Origin: Octopus vulgaris
Taxonomy: Eukaryota
Direction: 5' to 3'
Assembly: GCA_951406725.2 (NCBI GenBank)
Contig: OX597814.1
Coordinates: forward strand, 167,028,001 to 167,092,000
Length of the DNA: 64,000 nt
Shown: positions 39,530-50,628 of the stretch, piece by piece
Position numbering within the stretch: the stretch's first letter is position 1
How the letters are laid out: every line of letters starts with the position of its first letter
Program-made: the position numbers and the translations under genes
Notes under the pieces: model-generated
What the model was told of the DNA's origin: nothing
Seen by the model: only the letters and a program-made list of their open reading frames with translations
Database searches by the model: none

Positions 39530-40143
39530 ACAGAGTGTGTGGTTAAGAAATTTCCTTCACAACCACATAGTTCCATGTTCAATCCCATTATGTGGCAGGG
39601 TGTCTAAGTAGCTTCTACTATTGGAGTTGACAAATACCTCAACAGTTGAATTTGGTAAATAGAAACTGTGCAGAAGTCCATTACACACACAAATATGCAC
39701 ACATGCATATGTGTGTGCATATCATAACATTTTAATGTCCACTTTTCCATGCTTGCATTAGGCTAGATGGAATTCAAAGAGACAGGTTTTCTGCAGCCAA
39801 ACACTCCTCCTGTCATTAACACTTACTTATAATCAAACCAAGTAATATTTCTCTATGGTTAGACATTTTTCATGGAAGGCTGAAAATGAACAACATTGCT
39901 TTTATGATGGTGATGCTCTTTTAACAACTATTACATGATACCAAAACAAGGTAACGCATGCACACACACACACACACTAATATACGATGGATTCTTCCGT
40001 TCCTAGCCACCAAATTGACTCACAAAGCTTCAGACAGCCTTGGGCTACTGTAGAAGAAACTTGTCCACAGTACTACACTGATGGAGTGAACCTTAAATCA
40101 CTTGGTTGGGAAGCAAGCTTGTTAACCATACAGCCATACCTAT

Positions 40144-40182
<39 letters not shown>

Positions 40183-40889
40183 CATGCACACATATATACG
40201 AACTTATGTTCATATATATGAGTTTACAAACAAGTGAAAAAAAAAAAACTAGATAGGGATAGATGCAAAAACAACTTGTCTTGTAACTATTTGAAGGAAA
40301 ATAGGAACAGAAAGTTGTAAAATGATAACTTTTTGCAAGCCAATCTCAATTTTGCCAGCATGAAAAAAAAATTATGTGATACAAGCGTTAAAAATCCCAT
40401 CAGCTGCTAACATACTTGGTAGGTAGCCAGGTTACTAAATGGGGTTTCTGAAGTTTGTCTTACATATGAAGAAATCATTTGATTCACAAGTTTGTACCCT
40501 CCACATTCTCTGTGCTATTTACTTACGTTTTTTTAACATAGAGGGGCAGTGCCACCACCATTTGTAAGGGCCCTGAGACTGCTAAGGGTGAAAGAATGAA
40601 AATCACAACTCATAGCTAACCTATGCAACCTGAGTGTTGGATAGAGAACTTAATCTGCAGCTCAGTTTAATACCACTACTTGTCACCTTGAGTGCATTAG
40701 GCAAAGTCTACTCAGTTGCAAATGATCGGGTCGGGTCTCCTGTTTGAAGATACTTTCCTCCATCCCTGCCACTAATTTTAGAGGCCCTGTAAGCAGCAGT
40801 CCCCAACCATTTTTGCACCACAGGCCAGTTTTCATGCATGACAAAACACATTGAAATGCATAATATATAATTTAATTATTACATATATA

Positions 40890-41280
40890 GGTGCAGGCAT
40901 GGCTGTGTTGTAAGAAGCTTGCTTCCCAACCACACAGTTCTAGGTTCAGTCCCAAGGCATGGCACCTTGGGCAAGTGTCTTCTACTATAGCCTTGGGCCA
41001 ACCAAAGCCTTGTGAATGGATTTGATAGTTGGAAACTGAAAGAAGCCTGTCGTATATATATGTATATATATTTATGTGTGTATGTGTCTTTGTTTGTCCC
41101 CCACCATCGCTTGACAACCAATGTTGGTGTGTTTATGTCCCCATAACTTAATTCAGCAAAAGATACCGATAGAATAGGCTTACAAAGAATAAGTCCTGGG
41201 GTCAATTACTTAGACTAAAACCCCTTAAGTCAGTGCTCCAGTATGGCCGCAGTCAAATAACTGAAACAGGTAAAAGAGCA
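40890..41280 (+). mobile_element. SINE family A
   Basis: Full head, core and tail. Confidence 0.9.
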
Positions 41281-42159
41281 AACGAGAATGCTAAAACACT
41301 CTGCAGACTGCCTTAGTCAGTAACAAAAGAAATAAAATTTTTAAATTCATCCTTTCTGTGCATTCCAGTAGTTGGAGAAATCTGTGTAAAGAGTCACGTG
41401 CATTTGTTTTTCCACCTGACTAAAAGATAATATATATGTTGGGGGGTTAGTCCTACAAAATTCTTACACAGTCATGCACAGGGTTTGGATCAAACTAAGG
41501 CTATGGTAGAAACTACTATTCAGTAACATCAAGCTTGGAACCATGTGAATTATGCAAACTTCTCAATCACATGACCACACCTGTACCCCATACAATTATT
41601 ACTAATATGTAGCCTTGCATATAAGTAAATACATTAATATCTGAATGTATCTCAGTATAAGAGGTGAGCATTTTCTTTTCTACTCTAGGCACAAGGCCCA
41701 AAATGTTTGGGGAGGGGGCCAGTCAATTAGATCGATCCCAGTATACAACCGGTACTTAATTTATTGATCTTGAAAAGATGAAAGGCAAAGTGGACCTCGG
41801 CAGAATTTGAACCCAGAATGTAGCAACAAGCGAAATACTGTTAAGGATTAATAGGTGAGCATATTAGCACCAAATATTTTCTCTCAGTTTGTCTCTGGTT
41901 CATGTGAATAAGGTGGAGAGGGTCTATGAGATGACATGCAAGCCTTAATGGACATAAATTCCGCACAGGCATTGCTGACTATTTTGCAATGGGCTGCATT
42001 AAACTTGATTCAACCAAACCTCTACATTGTTATATAAACCAAATCATTTTCCCTGGTATTCAGAATTCCTATATATTGTTACTTAGATAATTATTCCCCA
42101 TTGTTATGTAGTCAGATTTATGACATGACTTTGTGCCACTTAACCTCCAAGCTAATTTT

Positions 42160-42160
<1 letters not shown>

Positions 42161-42215
<55 letters not shown>

Positions 42216-42233
42216 AAGAGAGAGAGAGAGGAG
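42161..42233. repeat. (GA)n microsatellite
   Basis: Direct observation. Confidence 0.97.
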
Positions 42234-42689
42234 AAAAATCAGCTGAAGATATAGCTCAGTGAGATCTGAGTGTTATATATAACTAAGCATAACAAAACAA
42301 TTAAAATCAATAACAATTACTCACTACTTGGAAGGCCTTAATCTTCAGTCAACTAGAAAATTATCATTCGTTACTGCTTAATATAACTGGATGTATAGTC
42401 TACCTTGAAAGGAGCTGTTGCTCTACAACAACAACAACAACAAAAATATGTATTTTAAGAACTACATATTTACTATCAGATTTCTAATGAGAATATTATA
42501 ATCCTCATGCATCCACTATACACACATCATGTGTGTGTGTGTGTGTGTGTGTGTGTGAGTGTGTGTGTGTTTATGTCAAGTTGGGAAAATTTAACATTAA
42601 ACTGAAGTATTAGTCCATACTTTTTAGTAGTATACATTTAAGTTTTAAAAGGAAAAGGTTGATAGTGACTTCGAAGTCTTCATCATGTG

Positions 42690-42903
42690 TAGGGGTGGTG
42701 CTAAAAAGTCCCTGACATTAAGGGTTTCGCGAAAGGCCTAGTTGGGGGGCCCCAACCTTCTGAGTCCTTTTACAAGGCTAAGAAAAACTGAATGTCCGCT
42801 GTGTGAATCTGAGAGGGGAATATGTTGAATAAAATCATAATTAACTGATCCTCCTGTGTTTTTTTCTTTTACCCAAAGCTAAGAACTTTTCAGTACCCCC
42901 TCG
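42690..42903 (+). mobile_element. Non-autonomous mariner derivative
   Basis: TIR-like GGTGCTAAAAAGTCCCTG / AAGAACTTTTCAGTACCCCCTCG; retains the CVNLRGEYVE* transposase C-terminus. Confidence 0.7.
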
Positions 42904-43499
42904 TGTGTGTGTGTATGTGTGTGTGTGTGTGTGTGTGTAGACTTCTGCATTGTACAGTAAGCGACAGAAACACCCATCGTCTTTTTTTTTCTTTTTTGCT
43001 TTTTTAAACTGTGACGTGTACTTCCTTTGGAACCGTTTTTACAGCAACAGACAAGCTGCATTAAAAGTCTGTATATAATCACAAAATACAAACGGTAAAC
43101 ATTTGTCTGTATCAGTCAGTTAAGTATCGACCCAACCAGCTGTGACGTCTCATTGACACATACATGCCTATCCTTAATATATAAGGGAATCCCGAGAGCA
43201 GCGACATGCCAAGCGAGGTGTCACCCAAATAACCTGTCAGTACAATGGTCATGAGAATGTTAAGACGAAGCTGGAACACTGATACGCCTACGCGCAACAT
43301 TCGGATCATTAAATAAACTCATAAGTATCGTAAATCTATCGAGGACAGCCACTTTATATAATCGTAGGTATTATACACACACCACACACACACACACATA
43401 TATATAGAGAGAGAGACAGCAGTTTACATAATACACGTTTTAATTAACTTATGCTAAAACATGCAAATATAACAAAATGCATTTTGCATTTACCTCCGC

Positions 43500-43919
43500 G
43501 GCAATCTTTCGTCTCTAGTAGACCTTTCCGTCGATTTCCGTAAAAAAATTTTTTTTTTTTTACATATGGGCTTGCGGGAACTTTTGAAGTAATGAGAGCG
43601 AAAGAGACTAAGAGAAAGCGATTGTATGACGAGGGAAGTTCTTTTGAAGTTACCGTCCAGGGGAAGCATTGATGTACATGTGTGTGTGTGTTTGATGGGA
43701 TGTGGGAGACAGAAAGTATGTTATGTAAGTGAAGTGCTTCTGTTAGTGTGTGTGAAGAGACAGAGTAATGTGTGAAAGAAAGAGATAACTGAAATTTTTT
43801 ACTCGGTGTATGTGTATATGTATGTATATTACTTCAAAAGTTCCCGCAAGCCCATATGTAAAAAAAAAATTTTTTTTACGGAAATCGACGGAAAGGTCTA
43901 CTAGAGACGAAAGATCGCC
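43500..43919. mobile_element. MITE with ~94-bp TIRs, Merlin-like
   Basis: GGCAATCTTTCGTCTCTAGTAG... / ...CTACTAGAGACGAAAGATCGCC; flanks acctccgc / aattccgc (6/8 match). Confidence 0.85.
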
Positions 43920-44805
43920 AATTCCGCAAATACAGAATACCTCGAATTTTATTTCTTAAAGTAGCACCGAAAGATAAATGTCGACGGTAGGCAGCCAACG
44001 ATAATATATATTAGATACACAAATATGATAATAATTATTATTATTATTCTAGATATGTAGAGCAATCGTTCGATTTTATAGAGCTTGTCCAGTTTTGTGT
44101 ATTAACTTCAGGCAAAATAAATATATAGTCAAAAGCTGCTCCTTGTGTTGCTGATGTGTACGTTTTTTGTTTTTTTCTATTTTGTTATTTTTTACAGAAA
44201 ACTGAAACCAAAATAAAACAGGCGAATGTGCGAGTGTTATTCTTGCCACGCTGTCAGTAACAAGCAGAACTTAATCTAGCCAACGTAGAAGCCACAATGT
44301 GGTTACACGAGCTGCTAGAGATGGTAGCCAAATTCTCTCAAAATCACACCGTATCGTCATAGAAAAGGACAAGTTGGATTATGGGACCCTGGGTTCCAAG
44401 TGCAGAGGAAAAAGTGAGAACAGTTACCGATGGAAAACCGTTTATCCAAAGACCGCTTGATAAGAGCTGTGACCTAGGGCTTAACAACGACGAGAATTAA
44501 ACGAAGCCATAAAACAACTTAAGAGCTAGTTCAAAGTAACAAGTGACGACAACAAAACAACTGGGAACTCGACATGGTCGCTCGACCTGCTAGAAATAAC
44601 AGCCAATTATCCACTATATCACACATCATAATTTTTTTTATAAAAAAAAAAAAAGGTAGGACACATTGGTTAATGCAGTCCTAGAATACCCTCAAAAGCA
44701 AAAAAGTGGGGATGGCCACGAATGCAATACTTTTTTTGTCATTGGAGATCTAACTGGATTAGGAGAGAGTTGGCATGCAGATAAACACTCAAGTGAAGTA
44801 CTTAC

Positions 44806-44895
44806 GAAATTATCAAAGGTGCCCGTTACATGAGTCGAAATGCACATTTTTGGGCAACCTGTCATCTGAAACGACCAGGCAATAAATCACTGAAC
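44806..44895 (-). other. Candidate 5' UTR exon of Sec24
   Basis: Consensus donor TTC|gtaagt at 44805 inside the CpG-rich region, and a possible acceptor ttcattctag| at 44896. Confidence 0.35.
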
Positions 44896-45172
44896 CTAGA
44901 ATGAAACTTGTACACAGAAACGAGCTACTGTTATAAATGTGTACAGCGTAAATCAATAGATAAATTAACGTGGTGTATGTGCGAATGGTGAGCTTAATTT
45001 AATTGACACACCAGCACATATACACAAACCTTCGTAGACAATATGCGCGCACACACTTATATGCTCACAGCCAGTGCGAACACACCAAGTCTATACGCGC
45101 GCGCGGTTGGGTGATAGAAGTGCAACGTAAGAAAGTTTTATATATACATACGCACAATATATACACCCCCAC

Positions 45173-45207
<35 letters not shown>

Positions 45208-45679
45208 TATACGCATATACACACACATACATACTCTTCAATATTGGGTTCTATTTCTCCCGTTTGTACCACAAAGCTCCTCTCGCTCTCTTATAGACAT
45301 ACATGCAGACACAGTCAATATGCACACATACAATTTACACATACTTGCAGGCATGCACTCACATACATACACGCACGCATTATTTTATTGACCTTGAGTG
45401 GACAATATAACAAAGTCAGTTCCAATTTAGGATTTAAACCGAGTACAAACTGATAAAGTACTGACCTAAATGGAGGAAAACATCCACTCCTTTATTCCAA
45501 CATAGCAACGTCACTCCTCTTATCTAATACATTACATGCAAGTTATTGAGCTATGATATATCAGTAAATAGAATATAATAGATATTATAACAGATTTAGA
45601 AAAAAGTATCAATTAGATCACAGATAATCAATCGTTTCAATAAGCAACAAGAAAATAAAAACAATATCTTATTATTGGG

Positions 45680-46720
45680 TAGAAACGTTAGAGCATCAGT
45701 AAAAAATGAATTGTTCTGATTCTTTACCTTCTGAATTCAAATCCTGCAGAAGTCAACTTTACTATTCATCCCTCCGGGGCCAATAAAATAAAGTACCAGT
45801 CAAGTAGTGGGGACTGATATCAACCCCCAACTCCACTTCAAAACAACTGGCCTTGTGCCAAAATCAGAAACTTATTACATTCCAAGTGCAGTTTCTGTCG
45901 GAGTCAACTTTGCCTTTCATCATTTTAGAGGTGATTAAATAAGTACCAGTTGTGTACTGGGGTTGATGTACTCAACTAGTACCCTCCCCTAAAATTTCAG
46001 GGTTTGTGCCTATTGTAGAAAGGATCGTTATTACTATTATTGAGGCAGCAAGATGGCAGAATTGTTAGAATACTGGACAAAATGCTTTGCAGTATTTTGC
46101 TCAGTTTTATGTTCCGAGTTCAGATGGTGCTTTTTACGTAGGCAGTGAGCTGGCAGAATCGTTAACATGCTGAGCAAAACGCTTAGCAGCATTTCGTCTG
46201 TCCTTATGTTCTGAGTTCAAATTCTGCTGAGGTCGACTGTGCTTTTCATCTTTTCAGGGTCAATAAATCAAGTTCCAGTGAAACACTGGGGTCAATGTAA
46301 TTGACTCGTCCTCTCCCCACAAATTTCAAGCCTTGTGTCTATGGTAGAAAGGATTATAATTATTATTATTATCATCATCATCATCATCATAAGGGCAGCA
46401 AGTTGGCAGAACTGTTAGCATATCAGCCAAAAAAGCTTAGCAGCATTTCATGTCTTTACACTGAGTTCAAATTCCATGAAGTTCAACTTTGCCTTTTGTC
46501 TTTTCAGAGTTGATGAAATAAGTACCAGTTGAATATTGGGATGGATGTAATCGATTGCCCCACCCCACCCCCAAAATTGCAGGCCTTGTGCTTATAGTAG
46601 AAAGGATTATTATTATTGGTGGTGGAGGTGGTGGTGTCTGTGTTCAAATTCAGACATTTTAGCAAATTCCACTGCCTATGTCACTCCCAAATAAATTTCT
46701 GGCCTATGTGTCAAATTTCA
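45680..46720 (+). repeat. Head-to-tail cluster of about 5-6 family C SINE copies
   Basis: Repeated GTCAACTTTGCCTTTCATC...AAGTACCAG...CCTTGTGCC...AGAAAGGATTATT units. Confidence 0.85.
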
Positions 46721-46973
46721 AAATATTACCAGGTTGGTATTTTAAAGAAAATTTGTCTCAAATAGCTTTTCTGAAAAAAGTAAAGTAACTTTGACCTGCC
46801 AACAGAGAACCAAATTCTTCCCCAAAGAACACATAGGATACCTTGATTCATGACATAATAGACAGCTCAAACAATTTCCCACTAATAGTCATTTCATTTC
46901 TTTTTTAAACCATAGATGTGTACAGTTGAAAGACAAGCTAATTAAACAAAAGTGTGATCTGTGAATGCAATAC

Positions 46974-47087
46974 CTGTTGAGAGCACATACAAGTATGTAT
47001 CAGACGTAACACATCCAACAATGTTGCACTGAGCACTTGTATGTTTTGTACCATTGTCATCATCATGTGTCATATGCTTGCAGTGCA
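46974..47087 (-). other. Candidate upstream exon of Sec24 (114 nt, open in frame with exon 30184)
   Basis: ttcattttgtcag|TG...CAACAG|gtattg; contains ATG and MTHDDDNGTKHTSAQCNIVGCVTSDTYLYVLST, ending in phase 1. Confidence 0.35.
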
Positions 47088-47692
47088 CTGACAAAATGAA
47101 TAGAAACCTTTACATACACACACCCATGCACATAAAATAACTTTGCTTGTGCTTTGTCTTTCCCATTAAAGATTTTTATATTTCCTTATCAGTCCTTTGT
47201 GTTTAATATAGCACAATAGTGTTGCAAAATCTATTTGACCATTAATGTTCCAAGACCTTCTCAGCTACAATGATTAGAACAAAATTATTATAAAGACATT
47301 TTGTTTGAACACTTTGCAGGTGATCATAAAGCAGAGTGAGGAAACCCACGCCCACAAGCGCATTTTATTTTGCTCACAGGCTGAGATACCAGTATGAACA
47401 AAATATAGTAAATTTTTCAATTATAAAATTTATACAATATTCGTTTGCCTATTTGCAACATAGGTTGCATTTCCAGTATGACTTAAAATGGTTAGACTTG
47501 AACAGAAACTCGTCCAGTAATTGCCATTTGAATGAGACCCAACTACACTCTAGCTGAAAAATATAGAAACCTCATAAGTAATATTAAGGTCCTAAATTCA
47601 GTGGCAGCATTAATGAAGATGATGTGTGTTAAATTTATCTTTATTAATGTATATTGAATTATACATAGATATACACAAGATTTACACAGATA

Positions 47693-47968
47693 TCATCATC
47701 ATCATCGTTTAACGTCCATTTTCCGCGCTAGCACGGGTTGGACGGTTCGACCGGAGTCTGGGAAGCCGGGGCTGCACCAGGCTCCAGTCTGATCTGGCAG
47801 TGTTTCTACAGCTGGATGACCTTCCTAACGCCAACCACTCCGCGAGTGTAGTGGGTGCTTTTTACGTGCCACCTGCACAGGTGCCAGGGGGGGGTCTGGC
47901 ATCGGCCACGATCGGGTGGTGCTTTTAACGTGCCACCGGCACGGAAGCCAGCCAAGGCGGTGCTGGCA
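47693..47968 (-). mobile_element. RTE 3' end (family B), young
   Basis: CpG-rich copy with (CAT)n. Confidence 0.85.
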
Positions 47969-48339
47969 GAAGTTAGAACTTGTGATCCGCCCACAGAACT
48001 TTTTCTTTGAAAATGTTTGCCTGCCGCACTAAAAAGATGCCCCACCTGTCATAAAGGAACATGGGAATAAGTGTTATAACTGATAAAGTTGTCAACACCA
48101 GATTTAAAAGTTAGCCCACCAGCTAAATCCAGTATTGATGATTTTTTGCATTAAAACACTATTCAAGCAAGATCCTTTGCAATCAATAGCAAAGTATGCC
48201 AACCAAATGCCATTTATTACCATCACTCTATTCAAACAATGAAGATAAAAAAAGTCCTGAGAACTTAATGTACTAATGAACTTAGGAACACTATTACTCC
48301 AAACTAAACATAAAGGAATAAGGAAATTTTATCTTTTAA

Positions 48340-49620
48340 CCTTTACTTGTTTTGCTCATTGGACTGGAGCCACTTGAAGGGTTTAGTCAAATCAATCCCA
48401 GTACTTATTTTAAAGCCTGGTACTTATTCCATCATTCTCTTCTGCTGAGCTGCTAAGTCATGGGGATGTAAACAAACCAACAACAGTTGTCAGATGGTTG
48501 TAGGGGAAAAAACACAAAGTCACCTGGACAAATATATACATATGATGGGCTTCTTTCAGCTTTTGTCAACCAAATCCACTCACAAGGCTTTGGTTGGCCC
48601 AAGGCTACAGTTGAAGACACTTGCCTAATGTGGCACATAATGGAATTGAACCTGAGCCCATATGGTTGGGAAGCTTCTTACCACACAACCATGCCTGTAC
48701 CTATTAAAATCCTTAATTTAAAAAAAAAATTTAACTCATAGTTATGTCATTAATATAGTAATATAATATATTTCAGAGAAAAGCTGTTCCCTGTTAGCAC
48801 AAAGGTGTGTATATACATACTCACACACATATATGCAAACAGGTGTGAAGAAGACCCCATCTTACACAGCAGAAGTGTTAAGACTGTTCCCCCTGGTGAG
48901 GAGGATTGGTCTGCAAGAGTCCTGTGCTGGTACCATGTAAAAAGCACCCAGCACACACTGTAAAGTGGTTAGCATTAGGAAGGGCATCCAGTCACAGAAA
49001 CTAAGCCAAATCTGACGAGAACCTAGTGCAGCTCTCCACCTTGCCACCTCCAGTCAAACTGTCCAATCCATGCCAGCATGGAAAACTAATGTTTAAGAAT
49101 TATATACACACACACACAGGGGTATAGGTGAACACAACTTTAGAGTTATAAATTTTAACTTCCTCGTTTTTCTTCCAGGCATGGCAGATATCAATATGAC
49201 ACTGCAAATGAAAAAGCATACACAAATGAGGTGGCTCAATACTGAGAGCAGAGTCAAAATTTAAGATGTGGAATGAAGTTGTGAAATATGATCTTCAGAT
49301 GTTGAGTTTCACAGAGGAGATGAAAAATCACAGATTTATGGTGATTTACTGTGCTGGAGAAGATACATCAAGCTAAGTGAAATTATGGTCATGGCCAGTG
49401 CTGGTGACATTTAAAAGGCACCCATGCCAGTGACACATAAGAGGCACCCCTGTTGGTGACACACAAAAGGCAACCAGTAAACTCTAGTGAGCATTAGGAA
49501 GGGTATCCAGCTGTAGAAACCATCCCAAAACAGCTCCCCAGCTTACCAGCTCTGGTCAAACTGTCAAACCCATGCCAGCATGGAAAACATGTTAAATGAT
49601 GATGATGATGATGATGATGC
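48340..49620. mobile_element. Cluster: SINE A (48340-48700, -) and RTE 3' fragments (48850-49095 and 49330-49620, +)
   Basis: Family motifs as in the other copies. Confidence 0.75.
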
Positions 49621-50132
49621 TCACTGGGACTTGAGGTAACTTAACAGCTTATTCAGCTACTGAAGAAAAGTTCACTTTCTAATGTTTATAGAGGAAAACA
49701 ATAAAAACATTTCATTAAGAGGCAGGGGTATTTAGATGGCATTTTGCAACTGTTTTCCTACATAAAACCAGAAAGTAAGTCTTTCTTTATTGGTTGAGTA
49801 AGTCATAAGGTAGAACCTGAAATCCCAGTCAGCACAACATCATCATCATTATTGTTGTTATTATTATCATCATTATTATTATTAAAGCAGCAAGCTGGCA
49901 GTACCCTTAGCACACTGGACAAAATGCTTAGTGCCATCTTTATGTTCTGAGTCCAAATTCCACTGAAGTTGACTTTGCATTTCCATCTTTTCAGGGTTGA
50001 AAAATTAAGTACCAGTTGAGAACTAAGGTTGATGTAATCAACTGGGCCCCATCCCACCAAATTCCAGGCCTTGTGCCTATAGTAGAAAGGATTATCATCA
50101 TAATACACACACAATATATATATATATATATA

Positions 50133-50424
50133 TCACGTGATCACATGACCGACCAGACTATCGCTGGTCACAATGCGCTTCGCATTGTTTTAGCCTTCAA
50201 ATGACACCACCCCGCTGGCTAAGTGAGCAGGCCAACAGAAGAAAGAGTGAGAGAAAGTTGCGGCGAAAGAGTACAGCAGGGATCGCCACCATCCCCTGCC
50301 GGAGCCTCATCAAGCTATAGGTGTTTTCGCTCAATAAACACTCACAACGCCTGGTCTGGGAATCGAAATCGCAATCCTACGACTGCGAGTCCGCTGCCCT
50401 AACCACTGGGCCATTGCACCTCCA
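50133..50424 (-). mobile_element. tRNA-derived SINE (separate family) between (TA)n tracts
   Basis: A box TGGCCCAGTGG and B box-like GATTTCGATTCCC. Confidence 0.75.
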
Positions 50425-50455
50425 TATATATATATATATATTTACACACACACAT

Positions 50456-50628
50456 AGGGGTATAGGTGAACACAACTTTAGAGTTATAAATTTTAACTTC
50501 CTCGTTTTTCTTCCAGGCATGGCAGATATCAATATGACACTGCAAATGTTAGAAAACAGTCTCTCTTGTCTAAAAAGCTGGATAGTTATGACAGGAAGGC
50601 TTTCATAGTTGGACTGCTCAGTCATAGA
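50456..50628 (+). repeat. Chimeric local duplication
   Basis: 50456-50548 is identical to 49118-49210, and 50549-50628 is identical to 51885-51964. Confidence 0.92.

Larger units (their letters stand above)
42950..45120. promoter_or_regulatory. CpG-retaining region, probable Sec24 promoter
   Basis: Visibly dense CpG in unique sequence compared with CpG-depleted flanks, upstream of the first coding exon. Contains TGACGTG at 43012 and TGACGTC at 43143. Confidence 0.6.

Noticed and set aside
42325-42352. 28-nt AG/GTGAGT-bounded segment as a 5' exon
   Set aside because: It has an in-frame stop if coding, and as a UTR exon it cannot be distinguished from chance splice signals.
46995-47070. Box C/D snoRNA-like pattern on the minus strand (ATGATGA...CTGA) with TTGGATGTG complementary to 18S rRNA, as in U14
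   Set aside because: The complementarity is only 9 nt and not adjacent to the D box; there is no U14 domain A and the terminal stem is weak.
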